In this document: positions 26,342 to 40,329 of the stretch, piece after piece
Layout of the letters: every line of letters starts with the position of its first letter
Numbering within the stretch: position 1 is the stretch's first letter
Assembly (NCBI GenBank): GCA_030704615.1
Contig: CM060734.1
Location: 22,878,001 to 22,942,000, forward strand
Length of the DNA: 64,000 bases
DNA from: Takakia lepidozioides
Taxonomy: Eukaryota; Plantae; Bryophyta
Reading direction: 5' to 3'
Program-made: the position numbers and the translations under genes
Notes under the pieces: model-generated
What the model was told of the DNA's origin: nothing
The model's input: only the letters and a program-made list of their open reading frames with translations
Databases searched by the model: none

Positions 26342-29300
26342 TTGTACCAAGGCTGTGTACCCAGGGTTAAAAGAGGTAGGCCAGGTATTGAACGTTCTGA
26401 TTGCCATGAAACAGAACCAACAGTATTTGAGCAGATCCTTCACGGAGGAAATACTCAAAGGCCTGAAGGACAAGAGGTACAATGGGCGGACATAATGTAC
26501 AACGCACTAGTGGAGGAGATGAAAAGATTACAAGGTACTACCGCAAAGTCTCCTATCATAGTGTCTGGCCCAATCATTGCTCAAATAATTCTTGATTCTG
26601 GCATACTTGATGCGCAAGAAGAAAGGAGATGGGAGTGTTTGAGCCAGAAACCACTGCAATGGAAGAGCAAGGCTCTTCACACAGTGAGGGTGGACTAGCA
26701 AGGCAACCCGAGACTAAGAGGCAGAGACGGGGAAAGACTGTAGTGGCGGATCCACTGGCTTCACGGATTCTGCATGATAATGTTTCCCAAGCTCATGTGC
26801 AGGAAGGGGCACAGCAACACAGAGAAATGCTATTACTGGAAGCAGGACCTTCAGAGAGGGAGGAGGAAGTTACTTCAGCATCACAACCATCACCGCCAAC
26901 TGATCGACTTGTCACAAGGTCACAAGTTGTCCATGCAACTCAACCAGAAATAATTGATTTGGAAAGAGAAGGGTTAGATATTCCAACTACAGAACAGATA
27001 GTGGCAGAAATGGAGAAGGGGGACCTTCTCTATGAATATTCTGGTCTGGTCAAGGAGACAGAGATTCCAGAGGTGCAACAGTTGCCCAAGGGAAATCCTG
27101 AGGTGCATATAATACACACACCTGTGTCGGAGGTACCACAGGCGGTAGGTCATGACACTGTAGCACCGGTGATAGATGAAGTGGTTCAGGAAGACAATCC
27201 GGTGGGACAATGGCCTGAGTGGTTCGTGAGACATCACACTGTTGAGGATCAGGAGGAACAGCAGCAACCTCACCATGATGACCCTCAACAGGCAATGCTG
27301 ATGAATTCCATAGGCAGGACACTTAATTTGTTGGGGACTTATGTTAAATCCCATGTTCCAACTACCCAATTGACAGCCTTGAGAGAGGAACTCAGGAAGG
27401 AGTTTGAGGCTCGACTAGCCACTGAGTGTGCAAACAAGGTCGATGAAGAGGTCACTCTCAAGATGCAGCAGGACTTGGGAAATACAGAAGCGGCTTTGCA
27501 ATTGGCCAAGGAACAATTGATTGAGGCAGGCCTCGCGCAAGACCAGTTGCACGAAGCACATAAGCAACAGCTATACCAAATGCAGGTGCAACATGAAAGC
27601 AAGTTGCAAGAAGTGAATGCACTACATACGGAGTTGCAGACAGTGCATGACAGGATGGCGATACAATGTGCTACATTCACAACTATGCTTGACCAATCTG
27701 CAAAAGAAATAAACAGTCAAGCGGAAAAATGTACGAAGGCAGAAGAAGAGAATGTTGAGCAAATGAAACTCATTGTCGATATGAAGAATACAATCTGTCG
27801 CAATGAGGATGCTTTCAAGCAATACAGGCAGGTTGAAGCTGATCAAGAGAAGCACATTGTGGAGTTGCACCAAACGATCATGGCCAATAGAAATGAAATC
27901 GCGGTCAATAACAAGGCTTGGAGGTAAGCTAATAATCTGGCTGCTGCCTATGCGAAGTTGGTTGAACCTCATGCGAAACGCATGGAGGCTTTACAACACC
28001 AGTTAGAAGTGTACAAGCTAAGAGAGGAGCAAACTCTCAGGCGAACCACAAGCAACTTGGTGGATAACAGCCTTATGCAGGTCTGGTTAGCACAAGGGCC
28101 AGTAGAGGGCAAAGCACCACGAAAGCGCACCCAAAGCGAGATGAATGAGCTCAGGCTGCAGGTGCAGAACATTGCCACAACTACTATAGACAATGTCTAT
28201 AATATGATAGCAGAGTTACAGGAGGACGTAGACGGACTGCAGACTCAAGTGGAGGACCTCACTTCAAACATCGACAAAAGAGTCTATATCCCTCAGGAAC
28301 AGCTAATGGCTTATTATTTACAAGCCAGAACTTTGGCTTTTCAGTCTTCACAGGAGGTGCAGGAGATGCCAATGATACAAGAGCCAGTACCACCAACACC
28401 ACAACAAGTCACTGTACCAGTAGCTGAACCTGTTGTTACTACAATCACACCACAGCCACCACAGCCTGAGGTATGGGGCAATGCTGCTTTTAACCCACCT
28501 AAAACTCCAGCTGCAAGGGAGTACAGTAGGGCTATGATTATGCCCTTCAACCAAATTCCCATCATGTTGGATTTGGCTTGGAAAGAATTTAGTCCTCCAC
28601 AGTCATTCGCACATTACTACCAAATCATGCGCATCTGGCTGCCAGTGGCAACTAGGACTAAAGTTCTTCCGAACAATCGATCAATTGAGGATCATCACTT
28701 TGCACAGTACTGGCACGAGGCAGGTACCATATTGAGGGAATTAATTGCTTTCCAGGTTGTACATGGACTCATTTATACCAAGACCAAGGAGGTAGCAAGT
28801 ATTGTCATGGGATGCGGGTTATACTACACTGCTTGTTTTCTGGTACGTTATCACATTGAGCAACAAAGATGCAAACACGCTTTCTGAGTTATTCCAGTGG
28901 AGATCATTGGGTATTACCTTCGGTGCCACCTCATATGTACCTATATGACCCAAAAGTTATGATGCAAAAGGATTCTCAAATTCGTTCATGGTTTCAAGCG
29001 GCCTGGAACAATTTATCAACACAGAAATTCGGCATTGATGATATTTTCTATAAGGGACATGTGGCATGGAAATACTTGCACGCTGCACCAGTAATTGGTA
29101 CCCCACTCACCTTGACAGACAAGGAGCTCAGTGTCTACACCAATTTTGCTGTTCAGCGGTTACACCAAGTTGTAAAATATAAACTTCCAGACATGGTAGG
29201 ACAACATTGTATGCCCCAGAGGATTCCACAAAAAGTTCGAAAATTAAACACCTGAGAGGCGATGAGGATTCTGATACAACTGTTTCTTCACCGAATTCTT

Positions 29301-29539
29301 TTGACATGGGAGAAGACTATGCAGTTCAGATGGCAGAGAAGAAGCGACGGGGGTCTCCTATGCCGGAAAGGTTACCTCGATATCAAACTCCAGAAGGCCT
29401 CACTTACCCAGGTAGTGATCAACCATCTCCGTCAACCAGAGACAGACCTCGGGCTCGTACACACAGTCCGCCACGAAACTCTCAACGTCAAAAGGTGCTC
29501 ACTCACAAAGGTTTGCTAATCGAAATCAGTAAACCGTGA
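26342..29539 (+). pseudogene. Extra 3' ORF of the Gypsy element (coiled-coil-rich, unknown function)
   Basis: Consecutive 118, 432, 309, 128 and 110 aa ORFs on the sense strand between pol and PPT; Q/E-rich heptad-like middle. Confidence 0.7.
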
Positions 29540-29570
29540 GGACACGGCTTTTTGAGGGGGGAAGGGGTAA

Positions 29571-30505
29571 TGTTAGAGGACTGTCGGGGACTTAGACACT
29601 TATACGGGATCTGTAGGGTACCCTTAATTTTTGCACAAACTGAGACCAACAGGAGCCTTAGGGGTGACAGCAGCGCACTGTAGAGGGGGGTTACACAGCC
29701 CGTCACAATCGTCACAGCCGACACAGCCCGTCACAGTCGTCACAACAGACACAGCCGACACAGCCAACACAGCCGACACAGCCGACACAGCCCGACACAG
29801 CCAAACACAGCCGCACAGCCAGTCACAGCCCGTCACAGTTTCACACAGCCAGTCACAGCTTGACACAGCTGTCACAATCATAGGGAACGGAGAGCAGGAC
29901 AGGGAACGACTGTGGGGAACAACACCTGCGAAGGGAACATGTTAGTTCACAGACGACGGTTAGTGAGGGAAACGGTTAGAACCACGGGTAGGAAGATAAA
30001 GGGAGAAGCGGGGAATTTTGGGGGGGGGATATCATTCGGAGGAGGACTTCTTGGTCATGGAGGAGAGGGGATCGGGCAGAGATGAAGAACGGAAGTGAAG
30101 ATAGAGAGATGATGAGTAGATGCTTGATATATGCAGGGCTGTAATGATATTGTAGAGCAGATTAGAGACACAATGGCTTCGGCCTGATACCTGATAAATC
30201 ATAATCGGATACTTTTACGATACAATCACACTGTGTAGAGAGATCTGAGTGAAGCTGTGGAATGAATGGATGAGTTGATGGAATCCAATAGATTGATAAA
30301 GCAAACTGATACTTAATTATCAATGGTAAGATAGCTAACATGAATGCCAAAAGGGAAATAAATAGGAAACACCCCCATGATACACTAGCTGTAGGTCATG
30401 ACTGATTGTTCTGCGCGGGCTGAGTACTTAGAGATTTCCAACTCTTCTATCTTGGAGTTTCCGCCTCGAATAGCGAAGGGATGGGTAAGTAAAAGCCGTG
30501 CGACA
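29571..30505 (+). repeat. 3' LTR
   Basis: Follows PPT; ends GCGACA. Confidence 0.95.
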
Positions 30506-33500
30506 AATGGTTGATAATGCCTTGTTATGAGGCTGATTTGTCGTTAATTTTACAATGACCTTGTCAGGTCTTTGTCCATGTCTCAACAAGACATAAGCAT
30601 CTTCCCTCTTTGATTTAGACCAGTGTACTTGGTGGTTCTTGTACACATTATCAACCAATCTCCCTTCTGTTTTCAGTTTTATGTTTGATTTACTAACACC
30701 TTGGTCTGAGCATGACAAAAGGTTATCAAATATGTTCCTGATTGAAGTGATGAACGCAAGGCAATGGGAAGGCCAAAGCCATGAGATATCAGCCTCCTCT
30801 CCTGCCATGACCATGGTGTGGAGCAAGCAAGTCCTTCATAAGGTAAGATCTTCTCCAGCAAAAATATGTTGGCTAATTGGGCATGGAGAGTAAGGCATCT
30901 TTGAAGGTACCTGAGATAAGCATAGAACATCTATAGGGCTTTTGAATGCTGAGATTTTGAGCTAGGCCTTGGTAAGACAGCCTGCTGGAGTAGACGTGTA
31001 CACCTTATACATGATCCGGTCAGTGCACATTACTCTTGTTTGCCGGTCCCCTGTAGCCGATGCCTTATGTCAGATTTAGATACCTTATGATACGAATGAG
31101 TTCCTTTTCTTTGGCTCAAATGTTTCTATGTTTCTCCTCGTTATGGCTTTGCTCTTTATAGCACCATAAAAAATACCCAATTCTGATATGCTGCTGGTAG
31201 ATGTTTTGTCTGAATACCAGGTGGTAAACCCCTCCCAGACTTCATTACCTAAGTCCCAATACCTGCCCCCTTTGGTTTTGTACACAAGTTTTACCCAAAA
31301 CAAGGGGTGGGTAAACACTAAAAGTCTGATATAAGATTCTTTCCTGATTGTTACTTTATGACCTTGGGAATTGAGGGTTCTTTCACTGGCCTCTTCTTCC
31401 GGTCACCAGAGCTTATATATAAACTAAAAGGTAAAACTCTACATTTTGATGTATGTGTTGATGTACCTTCGTTTGTGTCACAACTTGCCAACTTGGAACA
31501 TGCCAATGGCAGAAAATTCATTACCTAAACCTACCCCCATTGGTTTTATACACATGTGGTACCCAAAAATATGGGCTAGGTAAACACTAAAGGGTTGATA
31601 AAAGTTTATTTCCTGTTTGTTGCTTCATGAATTTCGGAGTTAAGGTCCCTTCATTGGCCTCATCTTTCCATTATCAGAGCTCATGTGTAGCTAAAAGGTA
31701 AAACTCTACATTCTGATGTAAGTGTTGATGTACTTTTGCTTGTCACGGCTTGTTTTGTTTGTTGACCTTGGAGAGTTGAGATTGTAGGCATGTTTATTTC
31801 TATGGTTCCTTTGTAACCAGAAGTAAAAGCTACGAAGAAGAGGGAGGTCATTTATGTGATGGGGTCTGGTATGCACTCCCTTACGGGGTGAGTGCATACC
31901 ACACTCACTCCATAAGGAGCTGCCATACCAGGGGATGGTTGGTGGGCTCCATCTCTCTCCCTCTCTCTCCCTCCCTCCATGGATCTGGCTGGTTCTCTTA
32001 AAACTTGATAGTTTAAGACCGGTGGTATGTTACCTAACCCCTAATTAACCTTCTTGGAATTTCGTTAATTTCGGTTATTTACATTACCTGGATTTTTGGT
32101 ATAAGGTCAGGATACTAATGGAGCCATCCTATTATTTAATTTTTTTCATCCATAAATGGATGTCATCCTCGGAGGATGACATGGATGAAAAATCGAGAGA
32201 CAATTTCATCCAACGCGGATGAAACCATAGAAATAAACATGCCTACAATCTCAACTCTCCAAGGTCAACAAACAAAACAAGCCGTGACAAGCAAAAGTAC
32301 ATCAACACTTACATCAGAATGTAGAGTTTTACCTTTTAGCTACACATGAGCTCTGATAATGGAAAGATAAGACCTAACGAGGTCATTGTAAAATTAACGA
32401 CAAATCAGCCTCATAACAAGGCATTATCAACCATTCTTCATTCACAAGTCAGTTTTATGACAAATCCCAGACTTCAAAGTCAATGAAGTCTCTGGGTCGG
32501 GGGGTGGGAAAAATTAGAGACTCGATTACCACTGTTCATAGTAGGAAACCATTGTTCAGCATGCTAAAAAGTGCCATTCATGACATGCCATGTCATTCAG
32601 TCTGTATTTTTTGGTCAGCTTACATACCAAGGCATAACCAACCATCCTCATTTATTGTTGGCCCAAAAACTAGTATAGTGTTGGGTTCTTTGTATCATTG
32701 GACATACCAAAGTGACTGAGCAGTAAGTATCCATGTCCAAATAAAGATCCATTGATCACTGTTCATGGCTGGAAATGTCTGTTTGTCTTAAAGAAGCCAT
32801 TTATGATCATAGAAGGCTTAAGAACAAAATAAGAGCATTTCTTTACATAAAGAACATCACCAAAGCAAGGTTACGGACTGATATTTGGCAGCTTATACAA
32901 CAGGTCATAATTAGCTGCCATACTTTGCATATCAAGTCACTTCTTGACACCATGTTTTTTGCCCCATGATCTGTTTTGGATCTGGGGCTGGCGTGTAATT
33001 TCAATGACAGGGTAGAGTAATATTCCCACCTCTTATTCCATGCCCCAAGATCAAGTTCTATGTCCGGGGTAGGGAAATCATTACCATAACAGGTTGTAAT
33101 CAGATTTACATGCCATGCAATCATCCATAGGAAACACAAAGAATCTGAATTGCTCATCCCATCAGGCCTGCAGGTTACTTTGGTATTATTTATCCTAAAG
33201 CAACTTGAATACAATGCCCGAATCATTCTGTTCACATCTACCAATGTCTTACCATTTTGGAAAATAGGTAAACATTCAAGGGCATATAACCAAGGACCAG
33301 ATTTGGCCACAAAAGATCCATCCATATCAGTTTGGCATGGTATCAAGTGTCCTAAAGTAACCAGCTTCTAAAAGAGGCTAAGTTTCCAATGCTTGTACAT
33401 TCAAGAACACTGTCTGGTCATGAAAACAGGTCTGCCCTACATTGTAGCATGTTACCAGATCTCTTTAAAGCCATCAGCTTGTCATATCATTGCTCCATTG

Positions 33501-34837
33501 TCACATCAGTATGCCATAGGGAACAAGAGATAGTCGCCGTAATGATTGATTGTCCACCATACTAGGTTAAACATAGGAGCCATCAAGATCAAAGGAAAGA
33601 GGAAGAAAGGATTGTTCTCCCCCAAAGATACAGATGGCGTCGCTTCTTCAACTCGATTCCAATCTACTTCAAGCTTTAAAATCCATGTTAAGTGAGGACC
33701 CTCACCTGGTCCCATCACATGCAATCGGAAACAGTTAAGTTAGAGACGATGTGGAACCCCAGGTGAATCGCAGGTCTCACGCTTGTTATCGCTGTACAAC
33801 ATGCAATACAAAGCAAGGGCAGAAAGGAAACAGAGCATATGCAAGCCAATACCTTGATGGCTTGTGGAAGAGAGGCCTGCGCCATAGCTCTCAAGACCAG
33901 CAAACAAGAATGCACAACAAAATGTACAAAGCATGCACAAAGAAAGTGAATCGCCCAAACTTAAAGGAGTTCAGACACTTCCCCGATGCCTTAAGATCGC
34001 CGCTTGTACCTTAATGATCAATGAAGGTCACAACAAGCAACCACAGCACAGGTAGATCGCCCGCCAAGCATTAGAGACAACCGCCACAGGGAAATTGCAG
34101 GTACTGCCGCCATTGCGCACCCCGAGAGGGGAAGAAGGTATTGAATCTTGCCAGAACACCTAAATGCCTTAATGGCGCAGCTCCATGGCATTCGAGGGCG
34201 CCTGAATCGGGGTCCATGCGCCCCCCGCCACCATCTCTCAGCTCCAGCCATCCCTTAAGCACGATCGTCGTGCAGAGGGTTAGGGCAGGGAATAGATGAA
34301 GCGCGATTTCCCACGATTTCGTCCATTCGGGATGAAATCCATCACACGGGATGAACTCTACCGCGCAGGATGAAATCTATCGTGATTTCATCCGCATTGG
34401 ATGAAATTGTCTATCGATTTTTCTTCCGTGTCATCCTCTGAGGATGACATCCATTTATGGATGAAAAAATTAAATAATAGGATGGCTCCATTAGGATCCT
34501 GACCTTATACCAAAAATCCGGGTAATGTAAATAACCGAAATTAACCAAATTCCAAGAAGGTTAATTAGGGGTTAGGTAACATACCACTGGTCTCAAACTA
34601 TCAAGTTTTAAGAGAACCAGCCAGATCCATGGAGGGAGGGAGAGAGAGGGAGAGAGATGGAACCCACCAACCATCCCCTGGTATGGCAGCTCCTTATGGA
34701 GTGAGTGTGGTATGCACTCACCCCGTAAGGGAGTGCATACCAGACCCCATCACATAAATGACCTCCCTCTTCTTTGTAGCTTTTACTTTTGGTTACAAAG
34801 GAACCATAGAAATAAACATGCCTACAATCTCAACTCT
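30506..34837. repeat. Unclassified element with nested inverted duplications
   Basis: 31772-32224 is inverted at 34386-34837; 31662-31806 is inverted at 32225-32368; 30506-30560 is inverted at 32380-32435; ~285-bp tandem duplication in 31240-31750. Confidence 0.8.
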
Positions 34838-35790
34838 TCAACTTGAGCAGCCTCTATCCTTTGGCGAAGCGCAAACATCCAACGGGTCAAATCATGAGCT
34901 TGGATTCTGGAAGAGATGATGTATGCAACAGGGATGCCATTGAGCCACATATCAAAGACCATGAGAGTGTACATGGGCTCCCTTTGCATTAGACCCCCCC
35001 CTGCGCCCGACTCCAACACCGACCTCCTCCCTCACCATAACCGTAGTATAAAGCTGAATTTCCTGCATACATAATTCTGATCCCCCTCATGACAAACAAC
35101 AACTTTTCAACTCACATGCAGGCTGACCAAGAGCAGCCCCACACAGATCCCCGGTCCCAATTCACATCAGGTCCATGGCTGACAATCGCCCCAGTTCGCA
35201 CTGGAAACTGTATTGATCCCCCAAAGTCCATCGGAATGAGACCCCCCCTTGTAACATCCGATTATGCTATGCCCTCATGGTCCCAGGAATCCAAGTCAAA
35301 GTCATCGATTCTAACACCTTGTGTTCATTGGTTCCGAAGGTGGCATCGCAAGATACGATTCGTTTGTGTCCCAATTCGACCATTATTTGCTTTTGGAATT
35401 TTGTTTGTATGCTGATCGCAAATTTGAGGTCAACCTTATGCTTTCCTTTGCTCCAGCAAGGGTATCAGAACTGTCTTCTTGATAGAGGAACACATTGTCT
35501 GGATGGGCATCCATCCACATCTTTAGACTGGTCCCCTTGTCCTTATGCCGTTTGAAAGTCTCACTCTCAAATACCTGTTGCTCATGTTGAGACATTATTT
35601 CAATAGGCAACAGACCAGCGCGTATGCTATCCATTATCCACATCTTCACCTCATCACTGAGGTGAGGTGCGTGTGCGAAATGAGTATTAGTTGAATCTGG
35701 GTCAATGTGGCCATGGCACACCTTGTTAGATATGTCAACATGATTCTTCTTGTAGTATGTAATGACAGCAAGAGAAGAATCCAGATAGAA
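34838..35790 (-). pseudogene. Fragment of a second MULE transposase family (plant SWIM-type)
   Basis: H..CHG...HLSDEVKMWI; W..AHPDNVFLYQ; GHKRIVSCDATFGTN; intron; PMYTLMVFD..NGIPVAYIISS. Confidence 0.75.
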
Positions 35791-36610
35791 ATTCGGCGCC
35801 GTTTTGCCATCCGGGGGATATTCTCTGTAGGCCAGGTTGTCGTTGTCTCCCCCCGAGACCACTTCATCCGAACGGCCTCGGATGGAGATTCGGCGCCGTT
35901 TTTCCATCCAAGGGATATTCTCTGTCGGCCAGGTGTCGGCCTCTCCCCCCGAGACGACTTCATCCGACGGGCCTCGTATGGAAATTCGGCGCCGTTTTTC
36001 CATCCGGGGGATGTTCTCTGTCGGCCCGGTGTCGGCCTCTCCCCCCGAAACAACTTCATCCGAACGGCCTCGGATGGAAATTCGGCGCCGTTTTTCCATC
36101 CGACGGATATTCTCTGTCGGCCAGGTGTCGGCCTCTCCCCCCGAGACGACTTCATCCGACGGGCCTCGTATGGAAATTCCGCGCCGTTTTGCCATCCGGG
36201 GGATATTCTCTGTAGGCCAGGTGTCGGCCTCTCCCCCCGAGACAACTTCATCCGAACGGCCTCGGATGGAGATTCGGCGCCGTTTTTCCATCCGAGGGAT
36301 GTTCTCTGTCGGCCAGGTGTCGGCCTCTCCCCCCGAGACGACTTCATCCGACGGGCCTCGTATGGAAATTCGGCGCCGTTTTTCCATCCGTGGGATGTTC
36401 TCTGTCGGCCAGGTGTCGGCCTCTCCCCCCGAGACAACTTCATCCGAACGGCCTCGGATGGAGATTCGGCGCCGTTTTTCCATCCGAGGGATGTTCTCTG
36501 TCGGCCAGGTGTCGGCCTCTCCCCCCGAGACGACTTCATCCAACGGGCCACGTATGGAAATTCGGCGCCATTTTTTCATCCGTGGGATGTTCTCTGTCGG
36601 CCAGGTGTCG
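35790..36610. repeat. 96-bp tandem repeat (~8.5 units, alternating variants) with GGCGCC core
   Basis: 32-aa periodicity (MEKRRRISIRG.SDEVVSGGEADTWPTENIPR) in the ORF track. Confidence 0.93.
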
Positions 36611-37817
36611 TCACCCTCCGATTTGACGCCATGTCAAATTAAACTCTGCCCCTCATTCTTGGGTACGGCTATATTAAATGTTGCTCTTTTTCTTTGCCAC
36701 TTGCCCGACCTTCGCTCGTGACCCATGCGTTTCAAACCGAGACAGCAACAACACTTGCTCGCTCCGAGCTCCTCTCACTTCAGCTTCCCCACACTCCCCC
36801 TTCCCTGCGCACCCTCTCTGCTTCCTGATAGCCCTTTCAATGGTCGGCGATGCCGTGCCGGGATCCTAGCAACTAGCCAAACAAGCATCTCACCCCGTGG
36901 GACTTCTCGCCCAAGTCAGGGGATATTTTCATATACCTGCAGGATTGGATAGACCACTCTCAGCAGAGGAGGGTGCACCTGTCCGCTCTTGAGTACCTTC
37001 CTGGTCTCCATGATCAGCCTCGTCGGGACGGGCTTGCGTGGCTTTGGTGCCTGCGAATCGTTGATCTGCAGTTTCCGCTAGCATGGAACATCCCCAAAAG
37101 CCACACGACCTTCCTACATCATTGGAGGTGCTGCCAGTGGGCCTACGAGGATTGCATCGGGTGTACGTACATGCCAGAGAGGATTCCATCGCAAACAGTT
37201 TATGGGGACATTCTCATAAGCTACGAGGATGAGTCCTATGGACACAGAGTCTCCACAACAAAGATCTCGATTTACGATGGTGCATATATCGGAGGACATG
37301 ACACCGTTGTCCACTACACCAAAGGCGAACGGGCTGCATCCATTGTCTTCACCTACCGACACCCTGTCAGTCATGAACTTGTTAAGAGGCCAATCGAGAT
37401 TCTAGCTTCTTGGTGAGAACAGTGCAACACGGGAGCAAATTCCCAACTTACCGGAGCATGGATTGCATGCATACTTTTGGCTTCCCTCGGTTTGTGAGGG
37501 CATGCATACTTGTCACAGTTCATTATTAATAAAAATGTCTCCTTTGAACCAAAGTTCCACTTTTTGTGCAATGTTGCATTTTGTTGAATGTTGACTTTTG
37601 GCAGCGAGGGTCTCGCACTCAATCTTGCAATCAGACCCACTGGAATGCCACCTCTGTCAGTTCCCTCTGTCCATGGGGAAGGTGCTTGCATGCTCGCCCC
37701 CCCACGCTTCTTGTTAGACGCCACAATTATTGGTTTGTGCAGCGCATCTGCACTGGTCATATACCTTCTGACTGCATACCGTTGGCAGTTATTGCGCAAA
37801 GGCCAGGGGCCGCATTC

Positions 37818-39835
37818 CTGGACTACAGCAAGTTCGCAATTAAATCCGTTACATGCCTTCCCGCAGACGTTGACGGTAATATCTTCTTTTGAGTTCCCTC
37901 CTCGAACGGACTATTCGAGGGCGTCCGGAATGTTGACAGATATGGATAGGAAACATGACGGTCATCCTTGGTGCATCACCAAAACCACCAGCATGAAGAT
38001 GCTCGATGGTGTGCGGGTGCGCTATGTTGTTTGTGCGGGCGCGTTGCGGTGTTTCTCTCCAACTTGCTTCCACTTTAAATCCAGAGGTCACAGGAACGAG
38101 ACGGATTGGACAGGCACAGCTCATCAACCATTTTGTGGTCAGGAGAAGGTTCCAAACTCCACATTTAAGTGTGCACATTGCAAAGAACCACCACATTGCA
38201 TGTCTGTTTGTAATGCCAAGCAGTTCTATGTGTTGCACCGTTTCCCTGACCTCACACGAGCTTGCATACACGTTGGTTCCCATTGTCACAAATTGGCGAG
38301 GGGGAACTTGCGGGAGGCTGCCCACGAGGCAGAGCAGCTCGTGCAGGAGGAGGTTAAGTTGACACCTGGTGCCAAACCCAAACAGATATAGCTGCCCATA
38401 AGATGGCATTGGCCTTAATTATGTTGGAAGACGGCTCCGACAGAGTTCCTCTTGATGAGAAGAAAATGGAGGCATTGCTGGGGTCAGTGTTCCACGTCTG
38501 TTCACCGAATGTCCGAAACCACATTGTCTCCTGCAAACAGAGAATTGGGCGTGGCTCGGATATGCACTCCATTCTGGAGGTGAAGCGACGATGTGGATAT
38601 GACTACATTCATGGAAGTAGATTTCCAGGACAAGGGACTGAGGCAGATTGTTGTTTCGTATTCAAAATGTCAACGTGTGGGCCTGGCAGCGGCGTCGAAC
38701 TGGTCCACCGAATGACGAGTGGGGACTTGTCAAACAGTTCGGTCATGTTCGACCATATCAAGCGAATTACAAATCACCAGTTGGTGACAATGGGTGCACA
38801 TGTCTACCACACCCACTGCAGGATGCTAATGACAATTGTTATTTGTGAGATGAAAGGAGAGGACACACAATCGGAGATGCTTCTTTGGCAGGGAATAAAC
38901 GAACAGATGGCCAGGGCAGGATTGCCCCTCCCAATTTCCGTGGTTTCATGGCGGACAACGCACAAGCAAATTGGGTTGCCATCCGAAGGGTGTACGGGGA
39001 AGACCCCAGTGTTCCGATGAAAAGCAAGGAGAGATCTTGTGGGTTCCATTTTCTGCAGAGCTTGACGCAGTACACAACCAGGCTCGTGGTGCCAGATTTC
39101 AAAGAGGAGCACCGTTCCATGTGTCTTGCGTGGAAGCGTGCTCCCACCTTGGATGATGCAGAGACACAGTTTGCATGTATACGGGCTTGGTGGACAACGT
39201 CAGGTGCTGTAAAGAAATCAAACGAGGGAGCAATGGTCAGTTGGCTAGCATGGTGGCATTATCGTTTCCTCCAGTTTGGCGACTATATGCGGGAGGTGAG
39301 TTGGACCAATTCGCGTACCATTGAATATTATGCTAGCTACTCATTATTTGTAATTTGCTTGTAACCTCAACATGTGTATGTGCAGGAAATGTGTCTCGAC
39401 TCCGACACCGACATGCCAACAACAAACATGGCCGAATCAGTACATTATTCCTGGCGTGCCTCCTCTGCGGCGCATCTGGTGGACATCCTCACTGCCACAA
39501 CGGAGGACATTATGAGGTCAATTATGCAGCAATGCAGGTACAACGAGTTCTTAAAAGGGAAACAGTGGGGCTTGGGGCCGGACAGGTAGGAAATGCTGAT
39601 GCGGACTACCTCCAGATCAAAGAATCCTCGGAGCCTTGCGAGAGGGCCTTCGGGACACGCAATTGCTTCGAAGTGGCCAACACTTGGAAGGAGATGTTCA
39701 CACCCGTCCGGTGAGACGAAGATTTGACGAGGCACCTGGCGGAGAAGAGGATTCATGGCGAGCTAACAAGAATATTTGCACGCTCCCTCGTGGTCCCGTG
39801 ATGTTGCCCGAGGAGGTATCGTCGAGCACCGCAAG
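37818..39835 (+). pseudogene. MULE transposase (Zn DBD + DDE), intron 39296-39385, truncated
   Basis: MFDH...FMADNAQAN..AI..V...CGFHFLQS...TTNMAES; GT..AG intron; internal stops. Confidence 0.9.
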
Positions 39836-40329
39836 TCTAATGTCTGAAAAAATGGCGCTGAATCTCCAGTTACATGGCCCAAGAACTGCCCAACATCTGT
39901 GCAATCCCCGGCACCATGTACCGAAATTCGGCGCCACATTTCCAAATTTTGGGCTTACACACCTGCGATGTTGGGACCTGTAGCCGCGAAATTCAGCACC
40001 ATTTTTCGCCGGAGACACCTATTACCACGAAATAAGTCATAGATTTCTCCGGTTGCGGAACCTATTACCGCGAAATTCGGCGCCATTTTTGCAGATGTCG
40101 CTCGGAATTCGCATGGGCGGAAGACGAAATATCATGAGCACGGCTCTCAAAACTACAATTTTTACTTCAAACAATGAATATTATATTGGTTTGTTTGTTT
40201 TTTTGGACACATTCTATTAAAATAATATTTTTAATGTTTTTTATTTCCAAAATTTGTACTTCTGCTCATGAAAATCGATTGTCTTGCTACTCCGCTCATG
40301 CCGCTCATGCTCATGAAATAGCTAACCTC

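Larger units (their letters stand above)
16242..30505 (+). mobile_element. Non-chromovirus Ty3/Gypsy LTR retrotransposon with extra 3' ORF (degraded; contains gap)
   Basis: LTRs 16242-17226 and 29571-30505 (TG...CA); PBS TGGCGACCATACTGGGGA at 17229; PPT 29554-29567; gag/pol remnants. Flanks ACAGC vs AATGG do not form a TSD. Confidence 0.92.
35790..40329 (+). mobile_element. MULE family copy 3 (left end missing; two internal deletions)
   Basis: Palindrome array, transposase 37818-39835, right terminus ...ATGAAATAGCTAACCTC at 40329. Confidence 0.88.

Noticed and set aside
32440-33720. LINE zf-RVT remnant
   Set aside because: Only a weak W..RW resemblance; no RT or endonuclease motifs seen.
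35790-36610. CRISPR-like array of palindromic repeats
   Set aside because: The sequences between palindromes are themselves repeated (no unique spacers), no cas genes, eukaryotic context.
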